A DNA stretch of 46,475 bases from Rhodocyclaceae bacterium (lineage in GTDB: Bacteria > Pseudomonadota > Gammaproteobacteria > Burkholderiales > Rhodocyclaceae), in NCBI GenBank assembly GCA_035426125.1, contig DAOLZE010000001.1, positions 1 to 46,475 of the forward strand, in the 5' to 3' direction. Below are positions 9,047-20,259 of this stretch, one piece after another. Within the stretch, counting starts at the first letter, position 1. Each line of letters opens with the position of its first letter. The position numbers and the translations under genes were made by a program. The notes under the pieces are model-generated. The model saw only the letters and a list, made by a program, of their open reading frames with translations. It had not been told where the DNA came from and did no database searches.

Positions 9047-10216
9047 ATGGGTAACGCATGTGCAGTTGTGGGCATCGGCCAGTCCGAGCGCTACAAATCC
9101 AAGATCAAAAAATCCATGGCCGGCCTGGTTCGTGAAGCCGCGCAAAACGCATTGAACGACGCGGGCTGTACCTGGGCCGACATCGATGCCGTCATCATCG
9201 GCAAGGCACCCGACTTCTTCGAAGGCGTGGTGATGCCCGAGCTGTATCTGGCCGATGCGCTGGGCTGCGTCGGCAAACCGATGATGCGCGTCCACACTGC
9301 GGGTTCGGTCGGTGGTTCAACCGCCATCGTCGCCGCCAGCCACATCCAGAGCGGCGTATTCAAGCGCGTGCTGACGCTGTCGTATGAGAAGCAGTCCGAG
9401 TCGAATGCCATGTGGGCGTTGTCGACGCGCCAACCATTCTCGCCGCACCTCAACGCCGGCGCCGGCGGTTTTTTCGCACCGATCATCCGCGAATACAAGC
9501 GTCGCTACCAAGTGCCCGAGGACATCGGCTGCAAGGTGGCGCTGAAGGATCGTACCCACGCGCTGAAAAATCCTCATGCCCATATGCATGAGGAAAAAGA
9601 CAGTCTGACGCTGGAAAATTACATGGATTCGATGATGCTGTGGGATCCGATCCGCTATGCCGAAGTCTGCCCGTCGTCCGACGGCGCCTGCGCGATGGTG
9701 TTGTGCAACGAGGACCTCGCCAAAAAATCACCGAACAAGCCTGCCTGGGTGCTTGGCACGGCCATGAAGTCCGAGCCGACCATGTATCCGTGGCGCGAGG
9801 AAGTCAATCCGCAGGCCGGTATCGACTGTGCCAAAGAAGTCTACGCGCAGGCCGGCATCATCAATCCGCGCAAGGATCTCGACATGGCTGAAGTGTATGT
9901 ACCGTTCTCCTGGTACGAACCCATGTGGCTGGAAAATCTTGGCTTCGCCGATGTCGGCGAGGGCTGGAAACTCTCCGAGTCCGGCGCCACCTCGCTCGAT
10001 CAGGGGGGCGACATTCCGTGGAACGTCTCGGGCGGCGTACTCTCATCGAACCCGATCGGCGCTTCCGGCATGATCCGCTTCGCCGAAGCTGCACTACAGG
10101 TGCGCGGCATGGCTGGCGAACGTCAGGTCCCCGGTTGCAAGAAGGCGCTCGGCCACGCCTACGGTGGCGGCGCACAGTTCTTCTCGATGTGGGTTGTCGG
10201 CAGCGAAAAGCGTTGA
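9047..10216 (+). CDS. Thiolase-fold SCP-x-like protein, Ltp3-like
   Basis: GKAPDFFEGV.MPELYLADALG, RVHTAGSVGGST, CPSSDGACA, AEVYVPFSW.E and HAYGGGAQFF motifs; start at ATG 9047. Confidence 0.85.
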   Translation: MGNACAVVGIGQSERYKSKIKKSMAGLVREAAQNALNDAGCTWADIDAVIIGKAPDFFEGVVMPELYLADALGCVGKPMMRVHTAGSVGGSTAIVAASHIQSGVFKRVLTLSYEKQSESNAMWALSTRQPFSPHLNAGAGGFFAPIIREYKRRYQVPEDIGCKVALKDRTHALKNPHAHMHEEKDSLTLENYMDSMMLWDPIRYAEVCPSSDGACAMVLCNEDLAKKSPNKPAWVLGTAMKSEPTMYPWREEVNPQAGIDCAKEVYAQAGIINPRKDLDMAEVYVPFSWYEPMWLENLGFADVGEGWKLSESGATSLDQGGDIPWNVSGGVLSSNPIGASGMIRFAEAALQVRGMAGERQVPGCKKALGHAYGGGAQFFSMWVVGSEKR

Positions 10217-10245
10217 TCGCCACTTCACAGGATGCTGTAAGAACT

Positions 10246-10279
10246 GCAGGTCGGGTTAGCAAAGCCTGACTCGATCTGC
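10246..10279 (+). repeat. Intercistronic 14-bp hairpin (REP-like)
   Basis: GCAGGTCGGGTTAG-caaagc-CTGACTCGATCTGC pairs fully on the + strand with three G-U pairs. Confidence 0.6.
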
Positions 10280-10312
10280 ACACCCCACCCACTTATTCAG
10301 AGTGAGCAGACC

Positions 10313-11965
10313 ATGACCGAGATGACGCCACCCGCTCCACAATTCGATACCCGCCATTCCAGCGAGCTCTACACCTTCGCCGGTAAGGATGTGCCCTGGC
10401 TATCGAAGCTGTGGGCCGAACAAACCCCCGACAAGGTTTTCATGATCTGGGAACCCAGGGAAGGCGCAAGCCAGTCCTGGACCTACAAACAGTTCTGGGA
10501 AGTCACCAACAAGGTTGCCTGCGGCCTCATCGCCAAGGGCATCAAGAAGGGCGACAAGCTACTGATCCACGCCGAGAACTGCCCGGAAATGATGATCGCC
10601 TGGTACGCCTCCGCCATCGTCGGCTCGGTTGCCGTGACCACCAACACACGCTGTATCGGCGACGAGCTGACCTACTTCGCCGAACACTCCGGTGCCGTCG
10701 GCTGCATCACTCAGCCGAAGTTCGCCAGGGAACTTGCTGCCAATGCCAAGAGCATTTCATGGTTTGTCGTTACCGAAGACAACTCCGGCGAAGTCCCAAG
10801 TGATGAAGAAAAAAATCACTGCTTCCCACTCTATTCGACGCTGCTCGAACACGGCGACAAGGCTCCGGCGCGACCGGCCGAGCCGATGCTGCCGGTCGGC
10901 ATCCAGTTCACTTCTGGCACCACCTCGCGCCCCAAAGCTGTCGTGCATACCCACGCCAATGCACTGTGGGGTGGCCGCAGCGGCGCACAGAATCTGCAAC
11001 TCGATAGCAACGATGTTTATCTGGTGTTCCTGCCCTGCTTCCACGTCAATGCGCAAAGCTGGAGCTTCTGGACCATGATGTGGGTCGGCGGCACCCTGGT
11101 GCTGCAACCCAAGTTCTCGGCGAGCAGATTCTGGGATCTCTCGCTCAAGCACAAGGTCACGCGTGCTTCGATGATTCCCTTCTGCTTCAAGGCCATCGCT
11201 ACCCAGCCGGTGCCCGAACACTTCTACAAGACCTGGTCGACCGGCGTGAAGATGCATGTCGTCGAGATGCGCTGGAACGTCAAAACCTTCGCCACCTGGG
11301 GCATGACCGAGACCGTCACGCATGCAACGCGCTCCGACCTGTTGCAGGATTCACCGGAAATGAATATCGGCGTGCCTTCGCCCGGCTATGAATTCGCCAT
11401 CATTGATCCGGCTACCGGCAAGTACTGCGCACCCGGCGTCAACGGTGACTTGTGGGTACGTGGCACGCGCGGTGTGCAGATGTTCTTCGAGTATTACAAG
11501 AACCCCGAAGCCATGGCGAAATCCTTCACTGCCGACGGCTGGTTTCAGACCGGCGATACCGCGCGTCTCGGCGAGGACGGCTACTTCTACTTCGCCGATC
11601 GCGACAAGGACATCCTGAAAGTCGGCGGCGAAAATGTTTCCGCGCGCCAGGTTGAAGAATGTATCCACGGCCTGCTCGGCATGGGCGTCCTCGACGAACT
11701 CGCTGTCGTCGCGCAGAAACACGACATGCTCGACGAAGTCCCGGTGGTCTTCGCCATCAAGAGCCAATGGACGATGTTGAGCGAAGACGAAATCCGCCAG
11801 CAAATCATGGACGGCTGCGCCAAGGACCTCGCCGATTTCAAGCGTCCGCGCAAGGTGTACTTCGTCGAGGAAATGCCCCGCGCCGCACTCGACAAAGTCG
11901 CCAAAAACAAACTGCGCGAAATCTCCGATGCATTGGCAGATGAAGAAAAAGCTGCGGGGAAATAA
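10313..11965 (+). CDS. AMP-binding acyl-CoA ligase (CaiC-like)
   Basis: FTSGTTSRPK, WGMTET, WFQTGD, DRDKDILKVGGENVS and a C-terminal Lys motif. Confidence 0.9.
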   Translation: MTEMTPPAPQFDTRHSSELYTFAGKDVPWLSKLWAEQTPDKVFMIWEPREGASQSWTYKQFWEVTNKVACGLIAKGIKKGDKLLIHAENCPEMMIAWYASAIVGSVAVTTNTRCIGDELTYFAEHSGAVGCITQPKFARELAANAKSISWFVVTEDNSGEVPSDEEKNHCFPLYSTLLEHGDKAPARPAEPMLPVGIQFTSGTTSRPKAVVHTHANALWGGRSGAQNLQLDSNDVYLVFLPCFHVNAQSWSFWTMMWVGGTLVLQPKFSASRFWDLSLKHKVTRASMIPFCFKAIATQPVPEHFYKTWSTGVKMHVVEMRWNVKTFATWGMTETVTHATRSDLLQDSPEMNIGVPSPGYEFAIIDPATGKYCAPGVNGDLWVRGTRGVQMFFEYYKNPEAMAKSFTADGWFQTGDTARLGEDGYFYFADRDKDILKVGGENVSARQVEECIHGLLGMGVLDELAVVAQKHDMLDEVPVVFAIKSQWTMLSEDEIRQQIMDGCAKDLADFKRPRKVYFVEEMPRAALDKVAKNKLREISDALADEEKAAGK

Positions 11966-11989
11966 GGTTTCTACCCGCAAGAAACCAAT

Positions 11990-12018
11990 GAAAAAGCCCG
12001 CGTTCAGCGGGCTTTTTC
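11990..12018. terminator. Bidirectional rho-independent terminator
   Basis: GAAAAAGCCCGC-gttca-GCGGGCTTTTTC between the convergent ligase gene and tRNA-Phe. Confidence 0.85.
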
Positions 12019-12045
12019 GTTGGTGCATGTGCGTGTCAAATGAGC

Positions 12046-12121
12046 TGGTGGCCAGGGGCGGAATCGAACCGTCGACACGCGGATTTTCAATCCGCTGCTC
12101 TACCGACTGAGCTACCTGGCC
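12046..12121 (-). tRNA. tRNA-Phe (GAA)
   Basis: Reverse complement GGCCAGGTAGCTCAGTCGGTAGAGCAGCGGATTGAAAATCCGCGTGTCGACGGTTCGATTCCGCCCCTGGCCACCA gives a 76-nt cloverleaf with encoded CCA. Confidence 0.97.
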
Positions 12122-12144
12122 TTGGCAAATCAAAAAGGCAGCGG

Positions 12145-12173
12145 ATTATAGCGGCGAGACGTGGCTAAGTCAA
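12145..12173 (-). promoter_or_regulatory. sigma70 promoter of tRNA-Phe
   Basis: On the - strand: TTGACT-17 bp-TATAAT followed by a GC-rich discriminator. Confidence 0.8.
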
Positions 12174-12240
12174 AGAAAAAGCCCTTGCTGATTGTTGTGA
12201 AGGGCTTCCTGGGAAATCAGTGAGACCAGACGCGCCAAAT

Positions 12241-12268
12241 GAAAAGCCCCACCGAAGCGGGGCTTTTC
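12241..12268 (-). terminator. Rho-independent terminator of groESL
   Basis: GAAAAGCCCC-accgaagc-GGGGCTTTTC hairpin with a U-tract on the - strand. Confidence 0.8.
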
Positions 12269-12311
12269 TTGCGGGTGCAGCAGCATGCACATCGCTGCTG
12301 CGTAGCGACAA

Positions 12312-14290
<1,979 letters not shown>

Positions 14291-14381
14291 GCAGTTTCTC
14301 CTTTATGGATGACAAATTGACTGAAGCGCTGCCGATGGCACAAACCATCGGCTGGTTTAAATCGTACGGAGGCAGGAGTGT

Positions 14382-14408
14382 TTAGCACTCACTGCGAACG
14401 AGTGCTAA
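14382..14408. promoter_or_regulatory. CIRCE element (HrcA operator)
   Basis: Exact TTAGCACTC-N9-GAGTGCTAA upstream of groES. Confidence 0.97.
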
Positions 14409-14410
14409 TA

Positions 14411-14437
14411 ATAGGGACATATATGGAGAATTTCAAG
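14411..14437 (-). promoter_or_regulatory. sigma32 (RpoH) promoter of groESL
   Basis: On the - strand: CTTGAA-15 bp-CCCTAT immediately upstream of the CIRCE. Confidence 0.8.
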
Positions 14438-14557
14438 TGCGCCAAGTGGATTTACATGGAAAAATCATGCAATAAACACCGCCCGGGATAATAACGGGCT
14501 AACGCCGGCACACGCAGCGTGGAAAACCGGAAAATTGACCTAACCTATTGAAAAGAT

Positions 14558-14634
<77 letters not shown>

Positions 14635-14733
14635 AAACGACTCGCTGACATATTTGGCAGATACACGCCATTCCCTGCCGAAAGAGGTCGATTCACCTGC
14701 AATTTCACATGAAATCCCTTGCGACAGAAGCCG

Positions 14734-15729
14734 TTAATGGTTCCGTGCAATTGCAAAGCGCGCTAATTCTAGCAGAGATTCCCGATAAGATGAAGCCCTC
14801 AAGCCTGCCAATGCGGCGATTGCCGTATCAATTTCGGCTTCCGCCTGACGTCGCGTCACGGCCAGCGCATCTGTCGCGCGGATCGCCGCAAGAACGGCAG
14901 GAAAATCATTGCGCCCACCATTCTCGATGGCGTTTCGCACACAAGCTACCTGATCGTTATTGCCATGATGCATCACATGGATCAGCGGCAGGGTGGACTT
15001 CCCCTCGGCAAGGTCATCGCCCAGACGCTTGCCGGTCACGACTTCCTCACCGGAATAGTCGAGCACATCGTCGATCAACTGGAAAGCGGTTCCCAAGTGC
15101 ATGCCATAGCTCGCCATGGCATCCTCGACTTCCGGAGACGCGCCGCCGAGCATGCTGCCAAGGCGCGCTGCTGCTTCGAATAACTTGGCAGTTTTGAAAC
15201 GGATTACCTGCAAATATTCTTCGACCTCAATATCTGCATTATGGCAATTCATCAGTTGCAGCACCTCACCCTCGGCAATGACGTTGGTGGCATTGGCGAG
15301 AACCTGCATCACGCGCATGTCATTGACTGTAAGCATCATCTGGAAGGCGCGCGAATACAAAAAATCCCCGACCAGCACGCTGGCGGCATTGCCGAACAAG
15401 GCATTGGCGGTTTCGCGTCCGCGCCGGAGTTCCGACTCGTCGACGACATCGTCGTGCAACAGGGTTGCGGTATGGATGAACTCGACCACTGCGGCGAGTT
15501 CATGATGATGCGTTCCGCGGTAGCCCAGCGCGCCGGCTGTCAACAACACCAGCGCCGGACGAAGTCGCTTGCCGCCTCCGGCAATGATGTAATCGGCAAC
15601 CTGACGAACCAGCACGACATCCGAATGCAGACGCGCGCGGATCACCTGGTCAACGGCGCGCATATCCGGCTCAATCAGGGCATTCAGAGCGGAGAGCGGG
15701 GGGATGAAAGAAGGTGCGGAAGAAGACAC
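14734..15729 (-). CDS. ispB: Octaprenyl-diphosphate synthase
   Basis: GGKRLRP, LLHDDVVD (FARM), FQLIDDVLDY (SARM) and DDLAEGK.TLP motifs; start placed at GTG 15729. Confidence 0.93.
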   Translation of the reverse strand: MSSSAPSFIPPLSALNALIEPDMRAVDQVIRARLHSDVVLVRQVADYIIAGGGKRLRPALVLLTAGALGYRGTHHHELAAVVEFIHTATLLHDDVVDESELRRGRETANALFGNAASVLVGDFLYSRAFQMMLTVNDMRVMQVLANATNVIAEGEVLQLMNCHNADIEVEEYLQVIRFKTAKLFEAAARLGSMLGGASPEVEDAMASYGMHLGTAFQLIDDVLDYSGEEVVTGKRLGDDLAEGKSTLPLIHVMHHGNNDQVACVRNAIENGGRNDFPAVLAAIRATDALAVTRRQAEAEIDTAIAALAGLRASSYRESLLELARFAIARNH

Positions 15730-15756
15730 GGGGAAACGGCTTTCGTCAAAAGCGTG

Positions 15757-15786
15757 ATGGTACGGTGGCACGCGGCGAGGCGTCAA
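15757..15786 (-). promoter_or_regulatory. Putative sigma70 promoter of ispB
   Basis: On the - strand: TTGACG-18 bp-TACCAT. Confidence 0.45.
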
Positions 15787-15833
15787 GACAAAGGCAGTCA
15801 AAAGACGGGCAAAGCGGCTGTGCGTAACGCCAA

Positions 15834-15851
15834 TAGTCCGTCTGGATGATG
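15834..15851 (+). promoter_or_regulatory. Shared palindromic site TAGTCC-gtct-GGATGATG (copy 1)
   Basis: Matches sites at 23539 and 37152; centre lies ~31 bp before TAGAGT (15873) upstream of the SDR-MaoC-thiolase operon. Confidence 0.55.
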
Positions 15852-15911
15852 AGCCGCCCGGCGGCGCTGTGCTAGAGTCAGCGAAATTAATCACCAGCAA
15901 AGGAATCTGCG

Positions 15912-16817
15912 ATGAGCGAATTGGACGGAAAGGTTGCAATTATCACTGGCGCAGGTGCTGGCCTGGGGCGCGAACATGCGCTGTGCCTGGCAAAAATGGG
16001 CGCCCGCGTGGTGATCAATGATCTGGGTGGTTCGCCCGCAGGTGAAGAAGCTGCCCACAAAGTAGTTGCCGAAATCAAGGGCCTTGGCGGAGAAGCCGTC
16101 GCTCACTTCGGCGACTGTGCCGATTGGGGTACGACTGAAACGCTGTTCAAAACGGCGATCGATACTTACGGCGATCTCAATATCCTGGTGAACAATGCCG
16201 GTTTCTGTCGTGACGCCATGCTCTTCAACATGACCGAACAGGATTTCGATGCGGTTGTCCGCGTGCACCTCAAGGGCCACTTCTGCAATATGCGCCACGC
16301 CGCCAAGTATTGGCGCGACAAGGCCAAGGCTGAGAACGCACCGGTGTATGGTCGACTGATCAGCACCTCGTCGGAAGCCTTCCTGTTCTGTTCCGTCGGT
16401 CAGCCTAACTACGCCGCTGCCAAGGCCGGCATTGTGGCCATGACCATGGGTGCCGCTCAGGTCATGTTCAAATCCGGCGTCACTGCCAACGTCATCTGCC
16501 CGCGTGCGCGCACCGCGATGACATCCACCGGCCCGATTGCCGCGATGTTCGAAAAGCCCGATGCCGGCTTCGACTACTTTGCGCCCGAGCACATCAGCCC
16601 ACTCGTCGGCTACCTGGCTTCGCCGCGTGCCGCCAACGTTTCCGGCGAAGTCTTTGTCGTCTGGGGCAAACAAATCTCCGTCGTCCAGCGCCCGACCGTC
16701 GGCCCCGCTTTCGACAACGAGGAAGCCTGGACGGTCGACGACGTCGAGAAGAAGCTCGGCGGCTACTTTGCCAAGCGCACCCCGATCAGGGACGGTTTCG
16801 CCGTCCCGGCTATGTAA
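15912..16817 (+). CDS. SDR 3-hydroxyacyl-CoA dehydrogenase, Hsd4A/ChsB1 (Rv3502c)-like
   Basis: TGAGAGLG, NNAG, YWRDKAK...YGRLISTSSEA, NYAAAK and ICPRARTAMT motifs. Confidence 0.85.
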   Translation: MSELDGKVAIITGAGAGLGREHALCLAKMGARVVINDLGGSPAGEEAAHKVVAEIKGLGGEAVAHFGDCADWGTTETLFKTAIDTYGDLNILVNNAGFCRDAMLFNMTEQDFDAVVRVHLKGHFCNMRHAAKYWRDKAKAENAPVYGRLISTSSEAFLFCSVGQPNYAAAKAGIVAMTMGAAQVMFKSGVTANVICPRARTAMTSTGPIAAMFEKPDAGFDYFAPEHISPLVGYLASPRAANVSGEVFVVWGKQISVVQRPTVGPAFDNEEAWTVDDVEKKLGGYFAKRTPIRDGFAVPAM

Positions 16818-16841
16818 GACGAAAGCACAAGGAAGGCCCGC

Positions 16842-17306
16842 ATGAAACAGTACAAGTTCGACGACATCGAGGCGCTCAAGGGCCTCATCAGCGAAACCTG
16901 GGGCGAGTTCAGCAACGCGTTTGAAGTCACCCAGGACGTCATCAACAAATTCGCCGATCTGACCGGTGACAAATATTTTCTGCATGTTGACCCCGAAGCT
17001 GCCAAGAGTAGTCCTTTCGGCACGACGATCGCCCACGGCTTTCTGACGCTGTCGCTGATGACGCAGATGCAGACCAAGGAGCCCTTCGAAATCACCGGCT
17101 TCAGCTTCATGGTCAACTACGGCTCCAACAAATTGCGCTTCATCGGTGCCGTGCCCTCGGGCAGCAAGATTCACATGCGCTCACGCGTCATCAAGGTTGA
17201 GCCGGGTGCCAAGGGCGGCATGGAACTGACGCGTGAATTCGCGATTCACGTCACTGGTTCGGAAAAGCCGGCGCTGCTGTATGAGATGATCGTCCGTTAC
17301 ATGTAA
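16842..17306 (+). CDS. MaoC-family (NodN-like) dehydratase
   Basis: FADLTGD..LHVDPE.A..SPFG.TIAHGFLTLSL and NYG.NKLRF motifs. Confidence 0.9.
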   Translation: MKQYKFDDIEALKGLISETWGEFSNAFEVTQDVINKFADLTGDKYFLHVDPEAAKSSPFGTTIAHGFLTLSLMTQMQTKEPFEITGFSFMVNYGSNKLRFIGAVPSGSKIHMRSRVIKVEPGAKGGMELTREFAIHVTGSEKPALLYEMIVRYM

Positions 17307-17377
17307 TCGACTGGCCTCGCCAGCAAAAAACCAAAATCAGCCACAATCGAACGTAGCTAAATTGAAAGGAATTCAAG

Positions 17378-18553
17378 ATGCGTGAAGCTGTCATCGTTGA
17401 TGCAATCCGTTCCCCAATCGGCCGCGGCAAACCGATCAAGGGCGACCTCTCCGGCGTCCATCCCGTCATCCTGCTGAGCAAACTGCTCGACAGTCTCGTT
17501 CAGCGCAATGGTCTCAAGCACGAAGATATCGAGCAGGTCATCGCTGGCTGTGTGACCCAGGCGGGTGAGCAGTCGAACAACCTCGCCCGCAACGCCTGGC
17601 TATGGCTCGGCAAGACCTGGAAGACCGGCGCGACCACCGTCGATTCCCAGTGCGGTTCGGCCCAACAGGCCAATCACATGATCTCGGCCCTGATCCAGGG
17701 CGGCAGCCTCGACATCGGCATCGCCTGCGGCGTCGAGTCGATGAGCCGCGTCGGCCTCGGCATGAATGTCATGAACGGTCCCGGCTATTTTCATCCGGAT
17801 GGCTGGCCTTGGGATCAGACACGTGATCAGTTCACCAGCGTCGAGCGTATGGTCAAGAACCGTGGCTTGAAGCGCGAAGATATCGACAAGTTTGCTTTCG
17901 AATCACAGACCAAGGCCGCAGCCGCCTGGAAGGCCGGTCACTTCGACCGCGAAGTACTGCCGATCGAAGCGCCGATCCTCGGTGAGGATGGCGAGCCAAC
18001 CGGCGAAACCCGGATCGTCAAGATGGATCAAGGCATCCGTCCGACCACGCTGGAAGGTCTGGCTGCGCTGAAGCCGCTACAAGAAGGCGGCACCACCACC
18101 GCCGGCAACTCCTCGCAGATTTCCGACGGTGCCGCCGCGATCCTCTGGATGAGCAAAGAAAAAGCTCAGGCACTGGGTCTCAAGCCGCGTGCGCGCATCA
18201 TCTCCGATGTCGTCGTCGGCACCGATCCTTACATGCTGCTCGACGGCCCGGTGGATGCCACCGAATTGATCCTCAAGAAGTCGAAGATGTCGATGAAGGA
18301 TTTTGATCTGATCGAAATCAACGAAGCCTTCGCTACTGTCGTCCTCTCCTGGGCCAGCGTTTACAACCCCGATATGAGCAAGGTCAACGTGAACGGCGGC
18401 GCCATCGCCCTCGGCCATCCGGTCGGTTCGACGGGAACCCGCTTGATCGTCACCGCGCTGCATGAACTCGAGCGCCGCAACCTGAAAACCGCCTTCATCA
18501 CGATGTGCTGTGGCGCAGCAGTTGGTACCGGAACGATCATCGAGCGTCTGTAA
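17378..18553 (+). CDS. Steroid 3-ketoacyl-CoA thiolase, FadA5-like
   Basis: TTVDSQCGSAQQANH (catalytic Cys), NEAFA, GHPVGSTG and TMCCG; resembles recalled FadA5 (Rv3546). Confidence 0.88.
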   Translation: MREAVIVDAIRSPIGRGKPIKGDLSGVHPVILLSKLLDSLVQRNGLKHEDIEQVIAGCVTQAGEQSNNLARNAWLWLGKTWKTGATTVDSQCGSAQQANHMISALIQGGSLDIGIACGVESMSRVGLGMNVMNGPGYFHPDGWPWDQTRDQFTSVERMVKNRGLKREDIDKFAFESQTKAAAAWKAGHFDREVLPIEAPILGEDGEPTGETRIVKMDQGIRPTTLEGLAALKPLQEGGTTTAGNSSQISDGAAAILWMSKEKAQALGLKPRARIISDVVVGTDPYMLLDGPVDATELILKKSKMSMKDFDLIEINEAFATVVLSWASVYNPDMSKVNVNGGAIALGHPVGSTGTRLIVTALHELERRNLKTAFITMCCGAAVGTGTIIERL

Positions 18554-18566
18554 CTCGGCACTTCAC

Positions 18567-18612
18567 AAAATGGCGGGTACGGCATTCGATGCCGGCCCGC
18601 CATTTTTATTTT
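18567..18612 (+). terminator. Rho-independent terminator
   Basis: AAAATGGCGGG...CCCGCCATTTT followed by a T-rich tract after the thiolase gene. Confidence 0.75.
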
Positions 18613-18704
18613 TGGTGGCATTGTATCGATCTCGGTAATTGACGTTTGCGGTGCCACCAGCAGCCTGTTACGCTTTGCCTTCTCTCGATTTTCGCCAGAT
18701 ACCC

Positions 18705-20237
18705 ATGCCTCCCAGTTTTCCCGATTACCTCGAAAAAATCCTCAACGCCCGCGTCTATGACGTTGCCATCGAGACGCCGCTCGATCTGGCACCGAATCTT
18801 TCAGCACGCAGCGGCAACCGCATTCTGCTGAAGCGCGAGGATATGCAGCCGGTGTTCTCCTTCAAGTTGCGCGGCGCCTACAACAAGATGGTGCATTTAA
18901 CGGAAGCGCAGCGGCGCCAGGGTGTCATCACTGCTTCGGCCGGCAACCATGCCCAGGGCGTGACGCTGGCGGCGCAAAAACTCGGCTGCCGGGCGGTGAT
19001 CGTGATGCCAGTGACGACACCGCAGATCAAGCTGAATGCGGTGCGCAACCGTGGCGGCGAAGTGGTGCTGGCCGGCGAGTCCTACGACGAAGCCTATGCC
19101 CACGCGCTGCTGCTGGAGAAAAAACAGCGGCTGACTTTCATTCATCCCTACGACGATCCCGACGTCATCGCCGGACAGGGCACCATCGGTATGGAAATTT
19201 TGCGCCAGCATGCCGATCCGATTGACGCGGTGTTTTGCAGCGTCGGCGGCGGCGGGTTGATCTCCGGTGTGGCCGCTTACATTAAACGCCTGCGACCGCA
19301 GACGAAAATCATCGGTGTCGAATCTGTCGATGCCGATGCCATGGACCGCTCGCTGAAAGCAGGCAAGCGCGTCAAACTCGACCAGGTCGGCCTGTTCGCC
19401 GACGGTACGGCGGTGAAATATGTCGGCCAGGAAACCTTCCGGTTGTGCCGCGAATATGTCGATGAGATGGTGCTGGTTGATACCGATGCCATCTGCGCCG
19501 CCATCAAGGATGTCTTCGAAGACACCCGCTCGATCCTCGAACCAGCCGGTGCGCTGTCCATCGCTGGTGCCAAGGAATACGCACGGCGTCATCATCTGAA
19601 GGGCCAGACGCTGGTGGCGGTAGCTTCCGGCGCCAACATGAATTTCGACCGGCTGGGATTTGTCACCGAACGCGCCGCGGTCGGCGAACATCGTGAGGCC
19701 GTGCTCGCCGTGACCATTCCGGAAAAACCTGGCAGCTTCAAAAAATTCTGCACTCTGGTCGGCGCACGCAACATCACTGAGTTCAACTACCGCCATGCCG
19801 ACGACAAGGATGCGCAGGTGTTTGTCGGAGTGCAAGTCGCCAACCGTGAGGAGACCGCAAAGCTCGTCACGGCGCTGAAGAAAAAAGGTCTGGCGACGCA
19901 CGACCTCAGCGACGATGAAATGGCCAAGCTGCACATCCGCCACATGGTCGGCGGCCATGCGCCGCATCTCCGTAACAGCACTGCTGTCGAACTGCTGTAT
20001 CGCTTCGAATTTCCCGAGCGCCCCGGCGCGCTGATGCGTTTCCTCGAAAGCATGAATACCGGCTGGAATATCTCGCTGTTCCATTACCGCAACCACGGTG
20101 CCGACTACGCGCGGGTGCTGGTCGGCATGCAGGTGCCACCCGGCGAGATGAAAGACTTTCACGCATTTCTAAAAAATCTCGGCTATCGTAGTTGGGACGA
20201 AAGCCGCAACCCCGCATACAAGCTGTTTCTTGGCTGA
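18705..20237 (+). CDS. ilvA: Biosynthetic threonine ammonia-lyase
   Basis: KREDMQPVFSFKLRGA (PLP Lys), SAGNHAQG, two ACT-like domains (FEFPERPGAL) and NPAYKLFL; start at ATG 18705. Confidence 0.96.
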   Translation: MPPSFPDYLEKILNARVYDVAIETPLDLAPNLSARSGNRILLKREDMQPVFSFKLRGAYNKMVHLTEAQRRQGVITASAGNHAQGVTLAAQKLGCRAVIVMPVTTPQIKLNAVRNRGGEVVLAGESYDEAYAHALLLEKKQRLTFIHPYDDPDVIAGQGTIGMEILRQHADPIDAVFCSVGGGGLISGVAAYIKRLRPQTKIIGVESVDADAMDRSLKAGKRVKLDQVGLFADGTAVKYVGQETFRLCREYVDEMVLVDTDAICAAIKDVFEDTRSILEPAGALSIAGAKEYARRHHLKGQTLVAVASGANMNFDRLGFVTERAAVGEHREAVLAVTIPEKPGSFKKFCTLVGARNITEFNYRHADDKDAQVFVGVQVANREETAKLVTALKKKGLATHDLSDDEMAKLHIRHMVGGHAPHLRNSTAVELLYRFEFPERPGALMRFLESMNTGWNISLFHYRNHGADYARVLVGMQVPPGEMKDFHAFLKNLGYRSWDESRNPAYKLFLG

Positions 20238-20259
20238 AACAAAATAAGGGTCACATCAA

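Noticed and set aside
12277-12301. GCAGCAGC/GCTGCTGC hairpin after the groEL stop
   Set aside because: A short 3' UTR stem next to the real terminator, with nothing to suggest an independent element
14734-15939. 401-aa N-terminally extended IspB as given in the ORF track
   Set aside because: The extension overlaps the divergent SDR gene and promoters; GTG 15729 gives a normal-length enzyme
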